Both the position numbers and the translations under genes were made by a program. This document shows positions 37,853 to 46,143 of a DNA stretch of 46,143 nt, piece after piece. Under the pieces are notes generated by a model that saw only the letters and a list, made by a program, of their open reading frames with translations, did no database searches and was not told where the DNA came from. The stretch's first letter is position 1. Every line of letters begins with the position of its first letter. Source of the DNA: Chitinophagaceae bacterium (GTDB lineage: Bacteria; Bacteroidota; Bacteroidia; Chitinophagales; Chitinophagaceae). The stretch spans positions 1 through 46,143 of the forward strand of contig JANNYY010000263.1 of NCBI GenBank assembly GCA_031410355.1. The letters run 5' to 3'.

Positions 37853-38036
37853 ATAAATGCAAATTAATGATTGCCGCCAACAGATAGTTAAAAACACGGA
37901 TTTTTTTATTAATAAAAAAAACATGAATTTACAGGCATAATTCACAAAGGGTTGCCAACCTTTATAAATGTAATTTTAAGTTTAAATAAACTTTTAAAAG
38001 GTTGATAACGCTTTTAATAACCAGTAATTTTGTGTA

Positions 38037-39059
38037 ATGAGGGAAGCGATGTTTATTAAAAAGAATGCTGACAAATGGAATAAGTACCAGCATTCGCCTA
38101 CCGACAACCCGGATGAAACCGCAGAACGATTTGTTAATTTAATTGACGATCTCAGTTATGCCAAAACATTTTATCCAAGAAGCAAAGTAACCCGTTGGGT
38201 AAACAGCATTGCCGCAGGCATCTATCAAAGCATTTATCAGAATAAAAAAGAAAAGTACAGCCGTATATTTCAGTTCTGGAAATTTGAACTGCCATTGTTG
38301 TTTAAAAGATACCACCGCATTTTTTTATTTACAACCGTTGTATTTGTGCTGTTTGTTGCCATAGGTGTTTTTTCATCTATGCATAATCCCGAATTTGTAC
38401 GGGGTGTATTGGGAGATGAATATGTGGATATGACCGAACAGAATATTGACAAGGGCGATCCTTTTGGTGTGTATAAAGACGGCAACCCTTTTTCGATGTT
38501 TGTATGGATAGGTTTTAATAATATTGGCGTGGCTTTTAAAGCTTTTATGGGCGGGTTTACTTTAGGCCTGTTTACTATTATGATCATGTGGGGCAATGGG
38601 TTAATGCTGGGCGCTTTCCAGTATATGTTTTTTGCCAAAGGCCTGGGCATAAAATCGGTAATGGTTATCTGGATACATGGTACGCTGGAAATTTCGGCCA
38701 TTGTAATAGCCGCTACTGCAGGCTTTATCCTGGCGGCCGGCATTTTATTTCCGGGCACTTACAGCCGCATGGTTTCATTTAAAAGAAATGCAAAAGATGC
38801 CGCAAAGGTTTTAATAAGCCTGGTACCCGTTTTTATTGTTGCTGCATTTTTTGAAAGTTATGTTACACATTTAATGAGCCAGACTTACGATAAGGCCAAC
38901 AATACCGGGTTACCGGTTTGGGCCAGCGTGAGCATTTTAACTGTATCATCCCTTTTTATTATCTGGTATTTTATTATTCTCCCCATCCGTTTACACAAGA
39001 AAGGTTATTATATTCAGCCCGATGGTATCATCAACCGGTTGAAAGAAGAAAATGCGTAA
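38037..39059 (+). CDS. SpoIIM (DUF95) family membrane protein
   Basis: MREAMFIKKN..KW, DDLSYAKTFYP, NNIGVAF, WIHGTLEISAI, AAFFESYVT. Confidence 0.9.
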   Translation: MREAMFIKKNADKWNKYQHSPTDNPDETAERFVNLIDDLSYAKTFYPRSKVTRWVNSIAAGIYQSIYQNKKEKYSRIFQFWKFELPLLFKRYHRIFLFTTVVFVLFVAIGVFSSMHNPEFVRGVLGDEYVDMTEQNIDKGDPFGVYKDGNPFSMFVWIGFNNIGVAFKAFMGGFTLGLFTIMIMWGNGLMLGAFQYMFFAKGLGIKSVMVIWIHGTLEISAIVIAATAGFILAAGILFPGTYSRMVSFKRNAKDAAKVLISLVPVFIVAAFFESYVTHLMSQTYDKANNTGLPVWASVSILTVSSLFIIWYFIILPIRLHKKGYYIQPDGIINRLKEENA

Positions 39060-39873
39060 GATTATTTACATATCGGTTTTGCTGGTCTCTTTATTTTCTG
39101 CTGCACAGGCACAGCAAAAAGTTATTTATGAGGATAGCTCTTTGCTACAACAGGATGAAAAAATTGCTGCGCCTGTTGAAGACATTGTTATAAAAGCAGA
39201 TTCAACAGAAGTTGCTCCTGTTGAACTATACAAGAAGGAAGAAACAGATACTGTTTTGTATCAGAACAACCTGCAGTTTCCTCCAGATTCAATTAATAAC
39301 TGGAGAAATTTAAAAGAATATGGATACACAAAATATCTCGACAGCCTGTTAAAAAATATCAAGAAAGAAGTTGCAGAAACACCTCCCCCATCCCGGCCGG
39401 GAATATTAAACAGTATACTTAATTCTGGTTTTGTGCGTGTATTACTCTGGACGGTATTCATTTTATTTATTGCATTCGTTATTTACCGGCTGTTTTTGGC
39501 CGAAGGTGTTTTTCAGCGTAAATCAAAATCACTTAAGCAGGACGGGGCCGAAGTGGAAGAAGAAATAATTACCAAAGAAAGTGATTTTGATGCATTGATA
39601 AGGATTGCCCTGCAAACTGGCAAATTCAGGCAGGCAGTGCGTTACCAATATTTACGAACGTTACATTTAATGGCCGGTAAAAATTTTATTGAGCTGGCAC
39701 CCGATAAAACCAATTATCAATATGTAAGTGAAATTACAAACCGCAATCACCAGCAGGATTTTGCAGCGCTCACTTTAAACTATGAATATGTTTGGTACGG
39801 GGAGTTCGATATTGATAAAAATATTTATCAAAAAATAGAAAACAATTTTACCAGCTTAAATCAAAAATTATAA
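39052..39873 (+). CDS. DUF4129 domain protein
   Basis: Signal peptide, central TM, FRQAVRYQYL..L, DKTNYQYV.E, YEYVWYGEF. Confidence 0.82.
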   Translation: MRKIIYISVLLVSLFSAAQAQQKVIYEDSSLLQQDEKIAAPVEDIVIKADSTEVAPVELYKKEETDTVLYQNNLQFPPDSINNWRNLKEYGYTKYLDSLLKNIKKEVAETPPPSRPGILNSILNSGFVRVLLWTVFILFIAFVIYRLFLAEGVFQRKSKSLKQDGAEVEEEIITKESDFDALIRIALQTGKFRQAVRYQYLRTLHLMAGKNFIELAPDKTNYQYVSEITNRNHQQDFAALTLNYEYVWYGEFDIDKNIYQKIENNFTSLNQKL

Positions 39874-39880
39874 CCATTAA

Positions 39881-41086
39881 TTGAATAACAGGCTTACATA
39901 TTTTTTTTTAGCAGCGATGATCACCGGGTTATTGAGCGGCTGCTTTAGTGATGGAGGTTCAAGAAAACTGCCCTCGCTTGCTGAGAGCTTTTCAAAAAAA
40001 GATAAAAAACCTTTTGGAGCCGATATTGCTTACCGCCAGGTTGAAGCCATGTATAGTGGCAACGTGATCAGGGATAAAAAAGTACCTTTTAAAAGTACCT
40101 GGCAAAACATCAGCGATACCGGCGCCCTGTATATCTGTATAGCATCAAAATTATTTGTAAATGAAGAAGAGGCAGATGCCATGATGGAGTTTGTACATGC
40201 CGGCAACAGCCTGTTTATTTCAGCCGGGTTAATTGATGATATTTTGCTTGATAAGATTGGCTGTGCCCAGGTGTATGCAAATCCGGATATGGAAAAAGTG
40301 ACCAGCGAAATGAAAAATACAGCCATAAGTTCCGTGGTTAATCCCGCCGCTAAATTTGATTATTATTATTACCCTTTTCAAAATCATTTTACCCGTATTG
40401 ACAGTTTAAATACCCGTGTGCTTGGTTATAATGAAAATAAACAACCCAATTCAATTGTTCATTTTTATGGCAAGGGTAAATTATACCTGCAATGCGAACC
40501 CCGTGCGTTCAGCAATTATTTTCTGCTGAAAAATAATAACTACCAGTATTTAAAAAACTCGGTTGCATTTACGCAAACCGAGCCTGAGCATGTGTATTGG
40601 GATGATTATTACAACAAAATCAGGTTTAGGAAAAATACCGGCTTCTCAACCTTCAGCGAAATCATGAAACATCCGCCGCTGGTGTATGCATTCTGGCTGT
40701 CGCTGCTCCTGTTGTTGCTGTATATATTGTTTGCGGGTAAAAGGGTGCAGCGCATCATACCACAGCTTAAACCTAATGAAAACACTACCGTAACATTTAC
40801 CGAAACCATTGGCCGTTTATACCTGCAGAAAAAAGACAATAAAAATATTGCCGACAAAATGATTACTTATTTTAATGAGTACATTCGCAATACCTATTTT
40901 TTAAATACCAACCAGGTAAACCAGGATTTTATTGCTGTACTAAGCCGTAAAAGCGGCGTGGAAAAAGAGAAAGTTGATACCCTGTACCGTACCATTGTTG
41001 CTACACAGGGAAGCGATGTGGTTAACGATTACCAGTTACTTTCTTTACACGAACAGATACAGTATTTTTATAAAAACAAAGGATAG
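39881..41086 (+). CDS. DUF4350 domain protein (lipobox LLSGC)
   Basis: DKKPFG, FVHAGNSLFISA, GKGKLYL..EP.AFSNYFLL, KRVQRIIP...P.ENTT..F.ETIGRLY. Confidence 0.8.
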   Translation: MNNRLTYFFLAAMITGLLSGCFSDGGSRKLPSLAESFSKKDKKPFGADIAYRQVEAMYSGNVIRDKKVPFKSTWQNISDTGALYICIASKLFVNEEEADAMMEFVHAGNSLFISAGLIDDILLDKIGCAQVYANPDMEKVTSEMKNTAISSVVNPAAKFDYYYYPFQNHFTRIDSLNTRVLGYNENKQPNSIVHFYGKGKLYLQCEPRAFSNYFLLKNNNYQYLKNSVAFTQTEPEHVYWDDYYNKIRFRKNTGFSTFSEIMKHPPLVYAFWLSLLLLLLYILFAGKRVQRIIPQLKPNENTTVTFTETIGRLYLQKKDNKNIADKMITYFNEYIRNTYFLNTNQVNQDFIAVLSRKSGVEKEKVDTLYRTIVATQGSDVVNDYQLLSLHEQIQYFYKNKG

Positions 41087-41157
41087 TATATTTCATAAAA
41101 CGCCCAAACCATGAGGTCTAAAGCCCCTTTAGGAGTTGGGGTCTAAAACAGAAACTG

Positions 41158-42135
41158 ATGGAAGAAAATTTATTTGAACAACGCATTGATCTCGGCGGAT
41201 TAAACAGATCCGTTTACGATATTAAAAATGAAATTGCACAGGTAATTATCGGGCAATATAAAATGGTTGACCTGTTGCTTATTGGCCTTTTGTGCGATGG
41301 GCATATTTTAATTGAAGGCGTACCGGGTGTTGCAAAAACATTAACAGCAAAACTAATGGCAAAGATCATTGATGTAGATTTTTCACGCCTGCAGTTTACA
41401 CCCGACCTGATGCCAAGTGATGTGGTAGGTACATCAGTATTTAATCCACGGGAGGGTGAATTTAAATTTAAGGCCGGCCCCATTTTTAGCAATATTGTTT
41501 TAATTGATGAAATAAACAGGGCTCCTGCAAAAACTCAGGCAGCTTTATTTGAAGTGATGGAAGAAAGGCAGGTTACTATTGATGGTATTACGCACCAGAT
41601 GAGTTTTCCGTTTATAGTTCTGGCAACACAAAACCCCATTGAGCAAGAAGGCACGTATCGTTTGCCTGAGGCACAGTTAGATCGTTTTCTTTTTAAAATA
41701 GAAGTTGGTTACCCAACACTGGCCGAAGAAGTAACTATCTTAAACAGGCAGCAGGGAAAAACGCAGGCGCAAATGCTTGAAGGCATAAAAAAAATATTAT
41801 CGCCGCAGGATATACAGCATTACCGCACCCAGATACAATCCATCATCATTGAACCAAAGCTGGTAGAATTTATTGCACGTATCGTTCATGAAACCAGGAA
41901 TAATCCTGCCTTGTATTTGGGCGCATCGCCCAGGGCTTCACTGGCCATTCTCCGTTCGGCAAAAGCAAATGCAGCTATAAAAGGAAGAGATTTTGTTACC
42001 CCGGAAGATATTCTTGAAATGGCGCCGCATGTATTAAGGCACCGTATTATTTTAACACCCGAAAAAGAAATGGAAGGCATTACAGAAGATGACCTCATTG
42101 AATCTATTTTAAAAGTAATTGAAGTACCAAGGTAA
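41158..42135 (+). CDS. moxR: MoxR proper (MRP) AAA+ ATPase
   Basis: EGVPGVAKT, RLQFTPDLMPSD, IDEINRAPAKTQAALFEVMEE, ATQNPIEQEGTY.LPEAQLDRF, GASPRA. Confidence 0.95.
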   Translation: MEENLFEQRIDLGGLNRSVYDIKNEIAQVIIGQYKMVDLLLIGLLCDGHILIEGVPGVAKTLTAKLMAKIIDVDFSRLQFTPDLMPSDVVGTSVFNPREGEFKFKAGPIFSNIVLIDEINRAPAKTQAALFEVMEERQVTIDGITHQMSFPFIVLATQNPIEQEGTYRLPEAQLDRFLFKIEVGYPTLAEEVTILNRQQGKTQAQMLEGIKKILSPQDIQHYRTQIQSIIIEPKLVEFIARIVHETRNNPALYLGASPRASLAILRSAKANAAIKGRDFVTPEDILEMAPHVLRHRIILTPEKEMEGITEDDLIESILKVIEVPR

Positions 42136-42188
42136 TGTGCTAATGTGCTAATATGCTAATCTGCTAATGTGCTAATGTGCTAATGTTT
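42133..42188 (+). repeat. Octamer tandem array (TAATGTGC)x7 starting at the moxR stop codon
   Basis: TAATGTGC TAATGTGC TAATATGC TAATCTGC TAATGTGC TAATGTGC TAATGTTT. Confidence 0.92.
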
Positions 42189-42228
42189 GACACTTTATTT
42201 TGGCGAGATAAAAAATAATTTAAGTTTA

Positions 42229-43569
42229 GTGAAGCTAAAAAAATATATTGGTGATCTTTACCTGTCCACAAGATTTTATCTTGTTGCAGGATTATTTATT
42301 GTTTTATTTGTTACTTCTTTTTTTATACCTCAAATTTATCCTGCTGCAAAAATGCTGCTGTTGGTTTTTGCGGCGCTCATTATTATTGATTACCTGTTTC
42401 TTTTTGTGTTAAGCAAGGCGCCAACAGCAAAAAGAATTGCTGCAGACAGGTTTAGCAACGGCGATGAAAACAAAGTGGAAATGCAGGTGAAAAATAACAT
42501 GCTGTTTACGGTGGATATGGAGATCATTGATGAATTGCCGGTGCAGTTTCAAAAAAGAGACTGGCGCCTGTCACAACGTTTCAGTGCCAAAGAACAAAAA
42601 AATATCCTGTTTAATCTCCGGCCTGTTACAAGGGGCGAATATCATTTTGGCCGCATCATTATTTATATAAAATCTTTATTGGGATTTTTAAAACGCCGCC
42701 ATAATATTGAGGCTGCCGAAGTTGTTCCGGTGTATCCGTCTTACCTGCAAATGCGTAAATATGAATTGCTGTCGCAAACAACCATACAAACCGAGCAGGG
42801 TAATAAGCGGATGCGTAAGATTGGACACAGCATGGAGTTTGAGCAGATAAAGGAATATGTACGGGGCGATGATATCCGCAGCGTAAACTGGAAAGCAACT
42901 GCCCGGAAGGGCTCGCTGATGGTGAATAATTATACCGATGAAAGATCGCAGCAGGTGTATTGCATTATTGATAAAGGCCGTTTAATGAAAATGCCTTTTG
43001 GCGGTTTAACTTTATTAGATTACGCCATTAACAGCACCCTGGTATTGGCCAATGTTTGCCTGCAAAAACAAGACCGCGTAGGGTTAATGACCTTCAGCAA
43101 TAAAATGGGTTCGTTGCTGGGTGCCGACCGTAAGCACATTCAGCGGGAAAATATTTTACAGCTTTTATACAACCAGGATACGGCATTTTTAGAGAGCGAT
43201 TATGAAATGCTTTACATGCAGATACGTAACCGCATAAAGCACCGCAGCCTCATCGTTTTATATACAAACTTCGAATCCTTATCGGGGCTAAACCGCCAGT
43301 TAAATTATCTCCGCTCAATTGCAAAACATCATTTGCTGCTGGTTGTATTTTTTGAAAACACTGAACTGCATAAACTCTCTCATCTTGATGCACATAACGT
43401 AGAAGAAGTGTATATTAAAACCATTGCCGAAAAATTTGAGTTTGAAAAAAGGCTTATCGTTAAAGAGTTAAAGAAGCATGGTATCCTTTCCATACTTACG
43501 CCACCAGAGAAGCTTACTATTAATGCCGTTAATAAATATTTAGAGTTAAAGGCAAGGCAGGCAATATAA
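42229..43569 (+). CDS. DUF58 (vWA-like) MoxR partner protein
   Basis: Two N-terminal TMs, RGEYHFG, VYP, EFEQIKEYVRGDDIRSVNWKATAR, IDKGRLM. Start probably GTG 42229. Confidence 0.92.
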   Translation: MKLKKYIGDLYLSTRFYLVAGLFIVLFVTSFFIPQIYPAAKMLLLVFAALIIIDYLFLFVLSKAPTAKRIAADRFSNGDENKVEMQVKNNMLFTVDMEIIDELPVQFQKRDWRLSQRFSAKEQKNILFNLRPVTRGEYHFGRIIIYIKSLLGFLKRRHNIEAAEVVPVYPSYLQMRKYELLSQTTIQTEQGNKRMRKIGHSMEFEQIKEYVRGDDIRSVNWKATARKGSLMVNNYTDERSQQVYCIIDKGRLMKMPFGGLTLLDYAINSTLVLANVCLQKQDRVGLMTFSNKMGSLLGADRKHIQRENILQLLYNQDTAFLESDYEMLYMQIRNRIKHRSLIVLYTNFESLSGLNRQLNYLRSIAKHHLLLVVFFENTELHKLSHLDAHNVEEVYIKTIAEKFEFEKRLIVKELKKHGILSILTPPEKLTINAVNKYLELKARQAI

Positions 43570-43612
43570 ATTATTTCATAACGACATGGTTAAACAGCAG
43601 TAAACAATTGCA

Positions 43613-43644
43613 TTTGTTTAAATGTATCTTTAATATTATATTTG
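43613..43644 (+). promoter_or_regulatory. Full Bacteroidota sigma-A promoter for the DUF4062 operon
   Basis: TTTG (43613-43616), N20, TATATTTG (43637-43644) matches the -33/-7 consensus. Implies a start at ATG 43663. Confidence 0.7.
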
Positions 43645-43662
43645 GATACAGCCAAACTATTG

Positions 43663-44946
43663 ATGCAGGAACTCGTTTATATATCATCAACTTTTAAAGA
43701 TCTGAAAGATTTTCGCCAGGCGGTAATAAATTGTATTGTTTCCCTGGGAGATTTTTATAAACCCGTATCCATGGAATTTTATGATGCAGAAGATATTCAT
43801 TTTGTTCAAAAGTGTTTAAATGATGTAGAAGCCTGTAATGTTTATATATTGATACTGGGCAAACGGTACGGATATATTCCAAAAGGATTTACAAAATCAA
43901 TTACAGAGCTTGAATATGAAAAAGCACGTGATTGCCAGCAAAAAGGTATGGTGAAAGAAATTCTTGTTTTTAAGGTTGAAGAACTATGCGACACCTATTT
44001 ATACAATGAAACAGACCCGGATTGCATTGAGTATAGTAACGAATTCCTGGAAGAGATTAATGAACAACTATCACCTGCACCGTTTAATAGTACAGCAGAA
44101 CTGTCTTTCCAGGTATCGCACACATTGATGAAACGGTTATTTAAACTGCTGCGCCATGGTGAAAAAATAATGCCCCCCGATAAAGATTCTATCATCTGCT
44201 ATTGCGACAGGAATGTACAGATCAACAGTATTAAAAAAAATATCTTAATTAATAAAAAGAAAATATTTTTTTCGCAGGGGAACAGGAGGACAGACTACCC
44301 CGCAGGGATCATAAAACGGTTTGCCAGGTTCAGCCTGGGAGCAGGGAATAGAATAGATCCGTTGATAAAGATCACAGACCTCTCTGACTCCATTGATACC
44401 AGCAGTTACGTGTATAATGCTTTCAGCAGCATTCTTAATTATCTTTCAATTTCTCCAACTGAAACAAATACAACTTTCACCGGCTTCTTAACCGAGTTAG
44501 CTAAGCAAAAAAGCAGGAATGTTATTCTACCTTTTTATTATGATTTTGATTTTGCAGAAGACGAGGTTAAATTTTCAGAGTTCCTTGAGTTTTCGGAACA
44601 TTTGTTTGAAGAATACAATAAATCAGAAAAGAAATTTGAACTTTTCTTTGTTGTGCTCATTTACAGTGACCAGCCCGATTATAAAACCATCATGACTAAC
44701 CTGGAAAATTTTCCCTTAATAAAATCGCTAAGTGCATTTTTAGAAAAATTCAAACCGGTAACGGATAATGACATTATTGACTGGCTTGAAAAATTTATCA
44801 CGTCCATTGATTTTTCGGCAACGATGTATGATGAATACTTTTTCGAAGGAAATGACAGGTACAGTATGCAGGATGTAAATTTAAAATTGGGTAAGCTGAT
44901 AAATGCTATGGAAATAAGCGACGAGAAAATAAAAAAATACTTTTAA
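43663..44946 (+). CDS. DUF4062 (TIR-like) domain fused to a probable inactive STAND (iSTAND) domain
   Basis: VYISSTFKDL..FRQAV, CLNDVEACNVYILILGKRYG, SITELEY (DUF4062). C-terminal half begins ICYCDRNVQ...FFSQG and lacks an intact Walker A. The iSTAND call rests on motif resemblance and gene context. Confidence 0.75.
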   Translation: MQELVYISSTFKDLKDFRQAVINCIVSLGDFYKPVSMEFYDAEDIHFVQKCLNDVEACNVYILILGKRYGYIPKGFTKSITELEYEKARDCQQKGMVKEILVFKVEELCDTYLYNETDPDCIEYSNEFLEEINEQLSPAPFNSTAELSFQVSHTLMKRLFKLLRHGEKIMPPDKDSIICYCDRNVQINSIKKNILINKKKIFFSQGNRRTDYPAGIIKRFARFSLGAGNRIDPLIKITDLSDSIDTSSYVYNAFSSILNYLSISPTETNTTFTGFLTELAKQKSRNVILPFYYDFDFAEDEVKFSEFLEFSEHLFEEYNKSEKKFELFFVVLIYSDQPDYKTIMTNLENFPLIKSLSAFLEKFKPVTDNDIIDWLEKFITSIDFSATMYDEYFFEGNDRYSMQDVNLKLGKLINAMEISDEKIKKYF

Positions 44947-44955
44947 ATAAATAAT

Positions 44956-45900
44956 ATGGAGATTCAGATAACCAGTACCAATGCAGATGTTTACCAACCC
45001 AGCAGGGAATTATTTGCAGCTATAAATACAGCAATGTTTTTACAGCGTCCACTGCTTTTATCCGGCGACCCCGGAACCGGCAAAACAGAATGCGCCAACT
45101 TTGTTGCAAGGCGGCTTAATTTTTTATATCCGTTTCTTTTTACATCAACCAATGCATTGCGGTTTGATACAAAATCAGGTTCACAATCAAGCGACTTATT
45201 TTATTCTTATGACGCTGTTTCCCATTTCGGCGACAAAACAAATAAACCCAAAGAATCTTTTATTTCATTTAACAGCCTGGGCATTGCACTATTGGGCACA
45301 AATATTCCCCGGCCGGAATATAAAAGCTTCGTGAATTATGAAACAGAGGTTTTTAATAAAAACCCGCCATTTGGTTCTTTGGTTCTTATAGATGAAATAG
45401 ATAAAGCGCCCAGGGATTTCCCGAATGACCTTTTAGCTGAACTGGAAAAACCCCCGTTTAAATTCAGCATCCGGGAATTACCCCATTTTAAAGTTGAGCA
45501 GGATTCAAAATTTCCCGTCTTTATAATAATAACCAGCAACAATGAAAAAGGATTACCAGACGCTTTTCTGCGGCGTTGTGTTTACCACCATATAAATTTT
45601 CCGGGTACCAAAGAATTACTTGATATAGTTAAATTAAATCTAAAAACAGAAAATCCATATATCGAAGCGGTGATTGACAGGTTTACAGAATTAAGACAAA
45701 AAAATCTTGTAAAAAAACCGGCCACATCCGAGCTGATTGAATGGATTGCCTGTTTACAATATAAAAATCTTTTAAACAACAATATGAACGACTGGAAAAA
45801 TGCCGATGCAGAATTTAAGCAAAAGCTAATTGAAACTTTGGGCATCATTACTAAATCTAAAACAGATTTTGAAACAATAAGCAAAGATATTAGTGGATAA
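44956..45900 (+). CDS. MoxR-like AAA+ ATPase of the ternary conflict-system type
   Basis: RPLLLSGDPGTGKT, DLFYSYDAV, VLIDEIDKAPRDFPNDLL.EL, IITSNNEK.LPDAFLRRC, KKPATSELIEW. Confidence 0.88.
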   Translation: MEIQITSTNADVYQPSRELFAAINTAMFLQRPLLLSGDPGTGKTECANFVARRLNFLYPFLFTSTNALRFDTKSGSQSSDLFYSYDAVSHFGDKTNKPKESFISFNSLGIALLGTNIPRPEYKSFVNYETEVFNKNPPFGSLVLIDEIDKAPRDFPNDLLAELEKPPFKFSIRELPHFKVEQDSKFPVFIIITSNNEKGLPDAFLRRCVYHHINFPGTKELLDIVKLNLKTENPYIEAVIDRFTELRQKNLVKKPATSELIEWIACLQYKNLLNNNMNDWKNADAEFKQKLIETLGIITKSKTDFETISKDISG

Positions 45901-46143
45901 TCAAAAAGATAATTTTACCGGCGATGCACAAAATGTAACTGCACAGTTACCTTTTCATTCTTTCTTTAACGTATTAAAAAGTAACGGTTTTGCTTTAACT
46001 ACCCAACAGATCATTGATGCCAATAAGGTCATCATATTTTACGCTGACCACATTAAAAATGAAGATGAACTTTGCTTTTCGCTGTTACCAATATTTGCGG
46101 GCAATGAAAATGAACAGGTATTGTTTAAACAATTGTTTCTAAA
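45893..46143 (+). CDS. Partial ORF (3'-truncated), probable N-terminus of the vWA component of the MoxR system
   Basis: Not in the ORF track. GTG 45893 overlaps the ATPase end and stays open to the window edge: MDNQKDNFTGDAQNVTAQLPFHSFFNVLKSNGFALTTQQIIDANKVIIFYADHIKNEDELCFSLLPIFAGNENEQVLFKQLFL. Confidence 0.65.
   Translation, partial: MDNQKDNFTGDAQNVTAQLPFHSFFNVLKSNGFALTTQQIIDANKVIIFYADHIKNEDELCFSLLPIFAGNENEQVLFKQLFL

Noticed and set aside
41115-41147. GGTCTAAA-GCCCCTTTAGGAGTTGG-GGTCTAAA, a possible remnant of another repeat
   Set aside because: Single short copy in the window. It cannot be distinguished from chance without a genome-wide search.

Overview
AT-rich Bacteroidota chromosomal window. 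The gene set, T9SS genes and TAnnTTTG promoters suggest Chitinophagaceae (inference). In order it holds: a truncated TPR-like gene, a GNAT, a WG-repeat protein, and a soluble multi-PAS histidine kinase with a single-domain receiver. Next is a seven-gene minus-strand glycan operon (GH-A/GT2 fusion, MsbA/NdvA-type ABC exporter, two paralogous GT-B-like proteins, ChbG/HpnK deacetylase, APH/choline-kinase-like protein, acyltransferase-3) and a T9SS lectin/HYR cargo protein. Then come transaldolase, a four-helix-bundle gene, SRP RNA, DUF5103, LolC/E, TrmH, TamL/BamA, TruB, TIR-TM, CAP, FadL-like, ProS, five small membrane proteins and the RDD/SpoIIM/DUF4129/DUF4350/MoxR/DUF58 cluster. The window ends in a DUF4062(-iSTAND)/MoxR/vWA-type conflict system cut off by the right edge. 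The most notable signals are: (1) the four-helix-bundle gene sits in a 464-bp module whose promoter and leader are a gapless degenerate copy of the transaldolase promoter and leader, among 7-8-bp tandem arrays placed at stop codons; (2) the uncharacterised GH/GT2-ABC glycan operon; (3) the ternary conflict system with its own consensus promoter; (4) at least three distinct REP/REPIN-like palindrome families. No CRISPR array, tRNA, rRNA, transposase or reverse transcriptase was seen. All family calls come from reading motifs by eye, not from database searches.
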